DNA from: an uncultured Thermoleophilia bacterium
GTDB lineage: Bacteria > Actinomycetota > Thermoleophilia > UBA2241
NCBI GenBank assembly: GCA_903927755.1
Contig: CAIYOD010000032.1
Span: 2,391-66,390 of the forward strand
Length of the DNA: 64,000 nucleotides
Reading direction: 5' to 3'
Shown here: positions 8,957 to 17,360 of the stretch, in pieces
How the letters are laid out: every line of letters starts with the position of its first letter
Numbering within the stretch: the first letter of the stretch is position 1
Program-made: the position numbers and the translations under genes
The notes under the pieces: model-generated
Database searches by the model: none
The model's input: the letters and a program-made list of their open reading frames with translations, nothing else
Told to the model about the DNA's origin: nothing

Positions 8957-9472
8957 TCCGGTCGTTCCTCCTCTGGGTGCCGGCCCGACTGAAAGGCGGA
9001 CCCGGACTCAACGAACGTATTACTAAATGACCGTTTAATCCCGGCCTGTCAAGCCTTGGGGCGCCGGCGATCTGCTCCCGCGGATGCGCAGACGACTGAG
9101 TGCCACGCGGGCTTCTCGAGCGGGCGTCCACGCGGGCCCTAGACGGATGTTCCAGGCGCCGGTCCGGCAGGCTCCCGGGTCGGTCTCCAGGCCCCCACTT
9201 CGGCCTGGTCGCGGCCCCGTTTCAGCCTTGATTCGGCCTCGGAAGACGCCACGGCGGCGGAGCTCCTCCTGCTGCCCTAGTACGCGGCGTCGCCTGATGA
9301 GGCGATACCTAGTGCTCATGGAGAAGGAGCCTCGCGCCGAGTGAGGTATATACTTGGCGTTTACAAAGGGTCCCTCAGCCTTGGGACCGCCGGATGCGGG
9401 TGGAGCCGCGTTTGTGCCGGCGGGGGGCGATGTGAGGGGCCTTCATAGCCTGGCAGCAGCGGAGGTGCGCTC

Positions 9473-10315
9473 ATGCGCTCTCACCATTGTCGTCCACGGA
9501 CGGCGCTCTCCCGCATCCCATCTTCCGCACGCCATCAGCGCGGCTTCAGTATGGTCGAGCTCCTGGTCACCATCGTCATCGCCGGCATCGTCTTCGCGGC
9601 CATGGTCCCCTTCTTCGCGAACGCTTTCAGCCGTACCTCGGAGGACGAGGTCCGGGTCGACGCGGCCGCCATCGCCCAGGATCGCATCGAGCAGGTGCGT
9701 CTCCTGGCCTACGCGGACATCACGGACGCTAACCTCAACTACTCGCCAAGCCCTGCCGCCAGTCCGTTCGGAGACGGGCGTTTCGGCTCCAGTTACACCC
9801 TCGTCGGCGAGACCAGAGCCTACGGCGTCACCTACGAAGTCGACCCTGCGTCAGATGCCACTGCGGTGCAGAAGCACATCACGGTCAGCGTCGCTCGGCC
9901 GGGATCGAGCTTCGTCACCACAGCGGACACCATCATCAAGAACCCGGCTGAGGGCCGCGAGCTCTCCACGGCCTACCCCAGCCCGTCGGCGTTGCCCAAC
10001 CTGAGCATGACGGTGTGGTTCGACAACTGGACCTACGTGTCGAACCCCGGGGTGTACATGACTCGCATCGACACCAGGCCGACACCGAATGTCACCATGA
10101 CGCCCCCCATCAGCTCGGCCTCGCCGGGCGTCATCTACCAGAAGCCCACGAGCAGCAACCAGCAGTTGGTGTGGAACAATCTCACCGGCGGCCCCAGCTA
10201 CACGTACACGATCTATGTGAACAGCTCGATGGCCGGCTACGTGCTGGCGTGCCCGCCGTTCCGTCTGTGGAAGAGCGGGCGCATCAAGTTCGACACCTAC
10301 CCCGGCGGAGACTGA
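9473..10315 (+). CDS. Prepilin-type N-terminal methylation-domain protein, PilV/GspI-like (cassette 1, gene a)
   Basis: MRSHHCRPRTALSRIPSSARHQRG|FSMVELLVTIVIAGIVFAAMVP. This is a class III signal peptide with Glu5, followed by AQDRIEQVRLL. Confidence 0.8.
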   Translation: MRSHHCRPRTALSRIPSSARHQRGFSMVELLVTIVIAGIVFAAMVPFFANAFSRTSEDEVRVDAAAIAQDRIEQVRLLAYADITDANLNYSPSPAASPFGDGRFGSSYTLVGETRAYGVTYEVDPASDATAVQKHITVSVARPGSSFVTTADTIIKNPAEGRELSTAYPSPSALPNLSMTVWFDNWTYVSNPGVYMTRIDTRPTPNVTMTPPISSASPGVIYQKPTSSNQQLVWNNLTGGPSYTYTIYVNSSMAGYVLACPPFRLWKSGRIKFDTYPGGD

Positions 10316-10325
10316 GGGCGGCGCC

Positions 10326-11066
10326 GTGACGGACCTACGCACTCATCGTCGGCTCGAGCAGACCGGCCTCACCCTCGTGGAGCTGCTCGTCTCGATGATC
10401 ATCCTCAGCATCATCTCGACGATGCTGATCGTGGGATGGGTCAACTTGCAGCGCGCCGCTGCGTTCTCGGTGAGCACCAACAACGCGCGCGGTACCGCTC
10501 GTGACGCGAGCGCGCGCGTCACCAACGAGCTGCGCGGCTGCCAGCCCACGACGCTACCTACGGCTGACGCGACCGCGACCGCCACGCCCGCTCCGCAGCC
10601 TCCGATCACCTCGGCCGGCCCATGGCAGGCAACGTTCTACTCGTCCTTCAACTCACTCGACGAGGGCGACGAGGGCGACGTGGGGAGCGGGCTTGATGCG
10701 CTGCGGCTCACCCAGATCGAATTGGTCCTGGGCGGCGGCGCGCAGAACACGCTGTGGTGGCGCAAGGACACAGACGACGACGGCACGTTCGACCGGTCGA
10801 ACGTGCTCGCCAGAGACGTGGTGAACGAGAGCATCGCCGACCCCTCGAACGGTGGCGGCACGACCTACACGCCGATCTTCCGCTACGCCTATCGCCCCAC
10901 GGCCGGCGCGCCGGTGCAGTGGACCGACAACGCCGACGGAAGCCTGTCGCTGGCGAACGTGGTCGCAGTGCGCATCCGGATCATCGTGGACGCCAACAGC
11001 GGCCGTCCGCCGAGGGCGATCGATGAGACGACGACGGTGCGCCTCCGCAATTCGGCGATGGAATAG
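10326..11066 (+). CDS. Prepilin-type N-terminal methylation-domain protein, PilW/GspJ-like (cassette 1, gene b)
   Basis: GTG start. MTDLRTHRRLEQTG|LTLVELLVSMIILSIISTML. Confidence 0.8.
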   Translation: MTDLRTHRRLEQTGLTLVELLVSMIILSIISTMLIVGWVNLQRAAAFSVSTNNARGTARDASARVTNELRGCQPTTLPTADATATATPAPQPPITSAGPWQATFYSSFNSLDEGDEGDVGSGLDALRLTQIELVLGGGAQNTLWWRKDTDDDGTFDRSNVLARDVVNESIADPSNGGGTTYTPIFRYAYRPTAGAPVQWTDNADGSLSLANVVAVRIRIIVDANSGRPPRAIDETTTVRLRNSAME

Positions 11067-11076
11067 GAGGCAGGAG

Positions 11077-13536
11077 ATGCACAGGCAACGCAGCCAGCAG
11101 GGCTCGGCCCTCATCCTGCTCATCGGCATCACGGCCACGCTCGCCGTCCTGGCGTCGACGCTGGTCTTCGTCATCCAGAACCAGCAGTTCGCCACGGCCC
11201 AGGAGCGCGGGAAGAAGCAGTCGTTCTACGTCTCCGAGGCGGCGCTCGACGCCGTGGTGCAGACGGCCAAGCTCGGCCAGGAGATGTCCACCACGGGCCC
11301 GTGGCTCACCGACACCGAGCTCGACGCGGCCCTTGCCGGCCTCTTCCCCACAGGCACTGATCTGGACTACCTGGTCTACGACAACCAGCCGACCGTGGAC
11401 CACGAGATCCAGTGGGATGCGGGCCGGCCGACAGATGCGGGCAACCCCGACCAGATGGTCTGGGTGGACGTGACGGCCACTCCGCCCGGGGGGAAGACCA
11501 CGCGCGTCCGCGTCCTCGTCCGGCAGACGAGGGTCTCGTTCGCGTCGGCGCTCCCCAAGTCCGTGCTGTTCAGCGACACCGGCATCAAGGTCCTCGACTC
11601 GAGCGACATCTATGCGCTCAAGCCCGACGGCACGCCTGACGATACCGGCGTCCATCAGACCTCCGTCATGGCGGGTGGAACGTGGCGGAGTGGGATGTCC
11701 GCGGAGCTGGGGCGCTTCTACACGCAGACCTCAAGCACCGACCTCGCCGCGCCGACTACGTCAACCCAGTCACTCGGCATCAGGGCCAACGGTTCCGTGG
11801 TGACTGCCCGCTCCTTCAACGACGTGACCTATGGACCCGGGACCGTCGGCTACCTCAGCGACTACTTCGACCAAGCCGCCCAGGCCGATCTTGCCGACGA
11901 ATCCATGGCCGCCGGGACGCCCGCGGCCGCCCCCGTCGCTCCGGCCGCTCCGCCGACACTGACGGCCAGTACGACTCCATCCTTGGCGGCCTCCAGCTTC
12001 ACACCCAGCGGCCTCACGCCCGCCGTCCTGACCTCGAAGAACGCCACCTACAACGCCACCACGAAGACGTACACGTTCAACGACGGTCTCCTGATCACAG
12101 GCGCCAATCTCACGCTCACCGGCGGTGCGCTCACGACCACCCGCTTCGCCAGCGGGACGGTGTTCGACTTCCGCAAGCAGCTCTCGATGCAGAACAACAG
12201 GAACCTTACCGTGACCGGGGAGCTCACCATCAAGGCACCGTCGTTCTACGCCGGCGGGACGGTCTCGTTCACCAACACGACGGGGACCCCCGTCACCGAG
12301 AGCCTCGGGATCGTGCACGCCACGAAGGCCTTCAGCGCCACCGACCGGGTCTCGCTGGAGATGACATCTCTCTACGCGGGCTCGACCGTCACGCTCTCCA
12401 ACACGACGGCAACGCCGGTGACGGCGAGCTTGGGGAACGTTCGCTCGGCGGGGGCGTTCGGCGTCACGGGCCCGATCACACTGACGACCACCGCGCTCAA
12501 CACGCTCTCCACCGCGGCCATCCAGAACACCAACAACAGCATCGCAGTCATCGACAACCTCGGGACGGTGTACGCGGCCGGCGATCTGACCATCTCCGGC
12601 AACCTCGAGACCATCGGAACCTGGCTGTTCGGCGGCGGCACGACGAGCATCTCCGCCATCTCGGGGTCGAGCACGATCAAGACGCACCGGTACGGGCTCG
12701 TGTACTCGAATCGAGCGGACCGGGTGTTCACGCTGTCGGGCAACGTCCAGCTCTACGCCACCGGCACTGTCATCAACGGGGACTTCACGATCAGCGGCGC
12801 CACTGTGGCCGTGAAGAACTGGCTGGGCTCGATCTTCGTCAAGGCGGATCCGGTCAACGACAACGGTGACGTCCTGTGGAGCGGCATGGCATCCGTCACG
12901 TCGAGGAACTACCTCAACGCGACGGCCGCGCCCCTGCCGATGTGGATGGGCGAGTTCTGGCAGCGGACCGGCACCTACAGCGACGAGTATGGGCCCACGT
13001 GGGTGCCCGGCAACTCGGGCCAGAGCATCATCTTCCGAAGCACGGGCGCCTCAACGGTGATGTGTCCGCTGCTGTGCTCCACGGAGGAGACGGCGATCAT
13101 GGACAACATCACCTTCGGGTCCAGAACGCAGCCGATGGTCTGGTACTTCATGTGCGACAACAACGGTATCTACCCGCAGACCTTCTACGTCGGCACCGAT
13201 GGATACGCCACCTCGCCCAGCAACATCAAGTCGGGCATCGAGATCAGATCGCAAGCGTTCACGGGCAAGTTCCACGGTTTGCTGGTCATCAACGAGTCCG
13301 TCCTGCATGTCCGCGGCAACTACCTCACCACGCCCACCATCCAGGGGGCCGTCTTCGCCGGGTGCCCGTACTCTTCGAGCAGCACGCCGTCGATGAGTGA
13401 CATCACGCTCGAGTATGGCGCGAGCGTGGCCTACGACCAGGCCATCATCGACGCGGTCGCGGGTTCGGCGCTCACGACCACCACGACCGTGACACAGATC
13501 GTCCCCGGCTCCTGGCAGCAGCTGCCGGTGAACTGA
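11077..13536 (+). CDS. Large PilX_N/GspK-like pilus-tip protein with beta-solenoid-like repeats (cassette 1, gene c)
   Basis: In the frame of ORF 10852..13536. The ATG at 11077 follows GGAGGCAGGAG. MHRQRSQQGSALILLIGITATLAVLASTLVF has no Glu5. Also has SFYVSEAALD, a 42-aa tandem repeat at 12241-12492, and ends PGSWQQLPVN. Confidence 0.75.
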   Translation: MHRQRSQQGSALILLIGITATLAVLASTLVFVIQNQQFATAQERGKKQSFYVSEAALDAVVQTAKLGQEMSTTGPWLTDTELDAALAGLFPTGTDLDYLVYDNQPTVDHEIQWDAGRPTDAGNPDQMVWVDVTATPPGGKTTRVRVLVRQTRVSFASALPKSVLFSDTGIKVLDSSDIYALKPDGTPDDTGVHQTSVMAGGTWRSGMSAELGRFYTQTSSTDLAAPTTSTQSLGIRANGSVVTARSFNDVTYGPGTVGYLSDYFDQAAQADLADESMAAGTPAAAPVAPAAPPTLTASTTPSLAASSFTPSGLTPAVLTSKNATYNATTKTYTFNDGLLITGANLTLTGGALTTTRFASGTVFDFRKQLSMQNNRNLTVTGELTIKAPSFYAGGTVSFTNTTGTPVTESLGIVHATKAFSATDRVSLEMTSLYAGSTVTLSNTTATPVTASLGNVRSAGAFGVTGPITLTTTALNTLSTAAIQNTNNSIAVIDNLGTVYAAGDLTISGNLETIGTWLFGGGTTSISAISGSSTIKTHRYGLVYSNRADRVFTLSGNVQLYATGTVINGDFTISGATVAVKNWLGSIFVKADPVNDNGDVLWSGMASVTSRNYLNATAAPLPMWMGEFWQRTGTYSDEYGPTWVPGNSGQSIIFRSTGASTVMCPLLCSTEETAIMDNITFGSRTQPMVWYFMCDNNGIYPQTFYVGTDGYATSPSNIKSGIEIRSQAFTGKFHGLLVINESVLHVRGNYLTTPTIQGAVFAGCPYSSSSTPSMSDITLEYGASVAYDQAIIDAVAGSALTTTTTVTQIVPGSWQQLPVN

Positions 13537-13566
13537 GAACGAGCGGGGAAACGCCCCGCAGAAGAA

Positions 13567-13658
13567 GATCCTCACACCTCTCTCTGCCTCCGGAACAGGC
13601 AAACGTGAGGATCCCAGGGGCCCCGGGCTGGTCGCCAGAACCGCCCGGGGCCCCGTCT
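13567..13658 (+). terminator. Conserved double-hairpin intergenic element, copy A (terminator-like)
   Basis: GATCCTCAC...GTGAGGATC stem, then the perfect 12-bp stem GGGGCCCCGGGC/GCCCGGGGCCCC, then GTCTTTTCT. A near-identical copy lies at 16994-17084. Confidence 0.6.
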
Positions 13659-13826
13659 TTTCTCCGCGCCCCTTCCGGCCGGCGTAGACGATTGTTCGAT
13701 GGTCTGCGTAACGATTTGCCTCAATCATTGGTACTAGTTGCCGATAGATGTCGTGTGGAGCAGCGCGGGCGCTGGCACCCCGTGCATTGATAGCTCCCCC
13801 TTCATCGCCGTTGGGAGGAGTGCCAA

Positions 13827-14654
13827 GTGGATAGCCTGGCAGAGAGAGGCCGCGCGCCGTACGCAATCGAGCGCGCGTCACAAACGTCATCCGGCTTCAG
13901 CCTGGTGGAACTGCTCGTCACCGTCGTGCTCGCGGGCATCGTGTTCGCGGCCTTGGTCCCCGTGTTCGTCAGCGCCCAGAAGGCGTCGTCCGGCGACAGG
14001 TCGCGGAACATCGCCACCAACGTCGCCCAGGACAGGATCGAGAAGATCCGCCTGCTCGCGTTCGACCAGATCGTGGACGACGCCTCGCACCTGCGCTCGA
14101 GCAGCTTCGCGGGCGGGCAGTTCGGCAGCACCTACACTCCCGCCGGCTCCACGAAGGCGTACGCGATCGTGTATTCCGTGGAGAACGTCCCCAGTACGGG
14201 AGCCGTGAACTACAAGCGGATCAGCGTGACCGTCTCCTGGACGGCTCCGCCGGCGCCCGTCCAGCCGGTCACGATGTCCACGATCGTGATGAACCCGTCG
14301 GGCACGAGCGCGAGCTCCTCACCATCGCCCTCGCCGAGCGCCAGCCCTTCAGCCTCGCCGAGCCCGTCGCCGACGATGGGGACGTACTCGCTCACCATCC
14401 TCGTCACGAACAGCTACGTGAACCCGCTTGGGGTGACCGTGGTGCGCACGGACGTCACACCAAACACGGCGGCGATACCGGCCCTGCAGGTGCCGACCAC
14501 TACGACTCCCGTGGTCTGGGCCGGTCTCTCACCCGGGACCTACCTCATAACCTGCAACTACTACAAAGGCGGTAACACCAACAACCAGAAGACGCTCACG
14601 CAGACGGTATACATCACGACCACCAACCAGACCTACACCTTCACCCTCCCATGA
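13827..14654 (+). CDS. Prepilin-type protein, PilV/GspI-like (cassette 2, gene a)
   Basis: GTG follows GGGAGGAG. VDSLAERGRAPYAIERASQTSSG|FSLVELLVTVVLAGIVFAALVP. Also has AQDRIEKIRLL, a Pro/Ser linker and a C-terminal beta-sandwich-like module. Confidence 0.8.
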   Translation: MDSLAERGRAPYAIERASQTSSGFSLVELLVTVVLAGIVFAALVPVFVSAQKASSGDRSRNIATNVAQDRIEKIRLLAFDQIVDDASHLRSSSFAGGQFGSTYTPAGSTKAYAIVYSVENVPSTGAVNYKRISVTVSWTAPPAPVQPVTMSTIVMNPSGTSASSSPSPSPSASPSASPSPSPTMGTYSLTILVTNSYVNPLGVTVVRTDVTPNTAAIPALQVPTTTTPVVWAGLSPGTYLITCNYYKGGNTNNQKTLTQTVYITTTNQTYTFTLP

Positions 14655-15343
14655 GCGGTCGCGCACAAAGAGACGCGCGTCAGCGCGGCATCACCCTCAT
14701 CGAGCTGCTTGTCTCCATGATCATCCTCGGCGTCGTGACCACCCTGCTGCTGCTGGGGTGGACGTCGCTGCAGAAGTCCTATGCGCACTCCGTGAAGGGG
14801 AACAACGCGCGCGCGGAGGTCCGGGACGCCATGGCGCGCGTCACCCGCGAGCTTCGCGATGCCCAGCCTGCCGCGCTTACGACGCCGGCGAGCTCGCCGT
14901 TCACGCTCGCAAACCCGATGGAGGTCGACTTCTACTCCGCGTTCAACAGCGCCGGCGTACGTGCCGACGGCACCGGAATCGGTGCGCTGCGGCTCACGCG
15001 GATCTACCTCGACACGAGCGGGACCGCTGCCCAGAAGACCTTGTACTGGCAGCGCGACAGCAACGCGATCGTCGGGTTCGACAGCGCCGACCGCAAGATC
15101 GTGCTGGCGCGCAACATGGTGAACGCCAGCGTTCCGAGCACGGGGTCGCCGACGGCGATCTTCACCTACGGCTATCGCGACGGCTCCGGCAACTTCACGA
15201 CGGCCACGACCATCGCGAGCGCCGACCTGGGCAAGATCATCTCCGTCCAGGTCCGCATGATCGTGGACGCGAACCTCCTGCGCTCGCCGTCGCCCGCGGA
15301 CCTCCAGACCACCGTCCGTCCGCGCAATGCCCCCCAGAAGTGA
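14651..15343 (+). CDS. Prepilin-type protein, PilW/GspJ-like (cassette 2, gene b)
   Basis: ATGA overlap with the upstream gene. MSGRAQRDARQRG|ITLIELLVSMIILGVVTT. RELRDAQP is shared with the cassette 1 and 3 paralogs. Confidence 0.8.
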   Translation: MSGRAQRDARQRGITLIELLVSMIILGVVTTLLLLGWTSLQKSYAHSVKGNNARAEVRDAMARVTRELRDAQPAALTTPASSPFTLANPMEVDFYSAFNSAGVRADGTGIGALRLTRIYLDTSGTAAQKTLYWQRDSNAIVGFDSADRKIVLARNMVNASVPSTGSPTAIFTYGYRDGSGNFTTATTIASADLGKIISVQVRMIVDANLLRSPSPADLQTTVRPRNAPQK

Positions 15344-15345
15344 GG

Positions 15346-16995
15346 ATGAGTACCATGCGGAGACAGACCAGAGAATCGGGAGCGGCCCTCGTCCTGCTCC
15401 TTGGGATCACCGCCACGCTGGCCATCCTCGCCGCGACGGCCGTGTTCGTGCTGGCCAACCAGCAGTCCGCCACGGCCGCGGACAGGACGCGGGGCCAGTC
15501 GTTCAACTACGCCGAGGCCGGACTGGACAGCGCCGTCATGGCCGTGCGGACGACCACCTGGCCGGCCGCCAACGCAGCGTTCGTTGGGGGCACGCTCACG
15601 GCGGCCTACGACGCCACGTTTCCGTCGGGGAGCCGGCCGCCGCTGACGGTCAAGGTGTACGACAACCAGGCCACGATCAACGAGACGATCACCTGGGACC
15701 AGGGCGGGCCGACAGCGGCTTTCGCGCCGGATGGGAGGCTCTGGGTGGAGGCGAGCGTCACCTACAACGGCAAGACGAGCCGCGTGCGGACCATGGTCGG
15801 CCAGGTGAACCTGACGAGCGGCCTCAAGCTGCCGAAGGCCGCGTTCTACACCGACGGCAACATCAGCACGAGCACCGGCGACGTCTTCGCGCTCAACGCA
15901 GCCGGCGCACCCGACACGACCAAAGCAGCGGCAGTATTCGCCCAGGGCAAGTTCACCGGAGGCTGGGGCACCAACCTCTGGCCGTCCGGCAGCAACCCGT
16001 CGCCATCCGGAGCGACGACGCTCGACGTCAAGACCAACGGCACGGTCACCGCGCCGGAGCTCGGCTGGAACAACAAGGCCGGCACCGGCGGTGTCCCGGC
16101 TCTCAGCACGGTCCTCCCGCAGAGCACGATCGACACGCTGGCGGCGCAGGCCAAGCAGGGCACCCCCACGGTGGCGAACCCCAACGGTACCGTGGCAGAC
16201 GCCGCCTTGATCGCCGCGCTTCAGCTGAACCAGGGCAAGACGACCACCCTGGGCTACGATCTGCGGGTCAACGGCGATCTGAACCTCAAGTCGGGGACGG
16301 CGAACTTCCGCTCCCTGTACGTCACCGGCAACCTCACGGTGAGCAGTGCGGGCGCCATGCACGCCACCAGCCTGTTCGTCGGCGGCGCCTTCACCGTGTC
16401 GGGCACGGACAAGACGCAAACGTGCGGCCCCATCTACGTGGGTGGCAACGTCTCGTGGAACAGCAACTCGTCGGTCGAGACCACCGACTACCTGGACGCG
16501 GCGAAGGCGCCGGCGCCGTTGTATGTCGTCGGTAGCTTCACCTCGTCAGCCGGGCCGTTCTATCACAAGCTCGGCCCGACCTACGTCGGCGGGAGCGTGA
16601 CGTTCTCGGGCAACAACGCGCAGGTCCTCTGCCCGCTGTTCGTCGCCGATGGAAAGGTCACCACCAGCGGCAGTTGCACTCTGGGGACCGTGGCGGACCC
16701 GATCCTGCTGCTCGGGCTGAACGACACGGACGGAGCTGCGACCAGCATCGATCTGAACGGCAACGGCATGATCACGGGCCTCATCGTCAACATGGACGGC
16801 GGCGTGAACCTCGGGAACTCGGGGACGCCGTACCTCGTGCGCGGGGCCGTGTTCTCGACCGGCAACATCACGTACACCAACGGCGGCTGCCAGGTGTGCT
16901 ACGACCCGAACGCCCTGGGGAACCTGGATGTCACCGCATCCTCGACCACCACGGCTGTCGAGCCCGGGACGTGGCAGGAGTTGCCCGCGAACTGA
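15346..16995 (+). CDS. PilX_N/GspK-like pilus-tip protein with beta-helix-like repeats (cassette 2, gene c)
   Basis: In the frame of ORF 14758..16995. The start is the ATG at 15346 or 15355. MSTMRRQTRESGAALVLLLGITATLAILAA. Has SFNYAEAGLD, repeated (L/V)(Y/F)V(G/T)G-x-(V/L/F)-(T/S) strands, and ends PGTWQELPAN. Confidence 0.75.
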   Translation: MSTMRRQTRESGAALVLLLGITATLAILAATAVFVLANQQSATAADRTRGQSFNYAEAGLDSAVMAVRTTTWPAANAAFVGGTLTAAYDATFPSGSRPPLTVKVYDNQATINETITWDQGGPTAAFAPDGRLWVEASVTYNGKTSRVRTMVGQVNLTSGLKLPKAAFYTDGNISTSTGDVFALNAAGAPDTTKAAAVFAQGKFTGGWGTNLWPSGSNPSPSGATTLDVKTNGTVTAPELGWNNKAGTGGVPALSTVLPQSTIDTLAAQAKQGTPTVANPNGTVADAALIAALQLNQGKTTTLGYDLRVNGDLNLKSGTANFRSLYVTGNLTVSSAGAMHATSLFVGGAFTVSGTDKTQTCGPIYVGGNVSWNSNSSVETTDYLDAAKAPAPLYVVGSFTSSAGPFYHKLGPTYVGGSVTFSGNNAQVLCPLFVADGKVTTSGSCTLGTVADPILLLGLNDTDGAATSIDLNGNGMITGLIVNMDGGVNLGNSGTPYLVRGAVFSTGNITYTNGGCQVCYDPNALGNLDVTASSTTTAVEPGTWQELPAN

Positions 16996-17084
16996 TCCTC
17001 ACACCTCTCTCTGCCTCCGGAACAGGCAACGTGAGGATCACAGGGGCCCCGGGCCGGTCGCCAGAACCGCCCGGGGCCCCGTCT
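16994..17084 (+). terminator. Conserved double-hairpin intergenic element, copy B
   Basis: About 90 nt, nearly identical to 13567-13658 with the same two stems. It begins at the stop codon of the cassette 2 tip gene. Confidence 0.55.
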
Positions 17085-17360
17085 CGTTCCGGCGTCGCCA
17101 GGACTGGCTACGCGGGCGTCACGCGCTCGCGAACGCGACGGCCATCGCTTCCGTCACCGTCGTAGTAGTGGCACAATGAGTCTGTGGCCTTGTATCTGGC
17201 CCGCGGGAGGCGGGCACGCAGGGTCTCGGCAAGGGCGGGCGAACCACTAGGGACGCCGCCCGGTGGGACAACGGATGAGCACGAGAGGGCTCATGGTTCC
17301 GCGTTCCCCGCCGATACATCGACTAGAGAAACTACCCGTCTATCCGGAGGCAGGGTACCT

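Noticed and set aside
8957-9472. c-di-GMP riboswitch or sigma-54 promoter upstream of the pilin cassette
   Set aside because: I could not find GEMM-like conserved segments by eye. The CTGGCAG motifs at 9449-9455 and 13834-13840 lack a correctly spaced TTGC -12 element, and one of them lies inside a coding region. A covariance-model scan would be needed to exclude an RNA element.
9354-10342. Alternate-frame ORFs within the first pilin gene (9354-10004, 9851-10342 on the minus strand, and others)
   Set aside because: The 9473 frame carries the class III signal peptide and has paralogs in the other two cassettes. The overlapping frames are low-complexity shadow ORFs.
14301-14376. Short tandem repeats considered as a CRISPR or other repeat array
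   Set aside because: These are in-frame Ser/Pro codon repeats inside a CDS, with no spacer-repeat architecture. No CRISPR array is present anywhere in the window.
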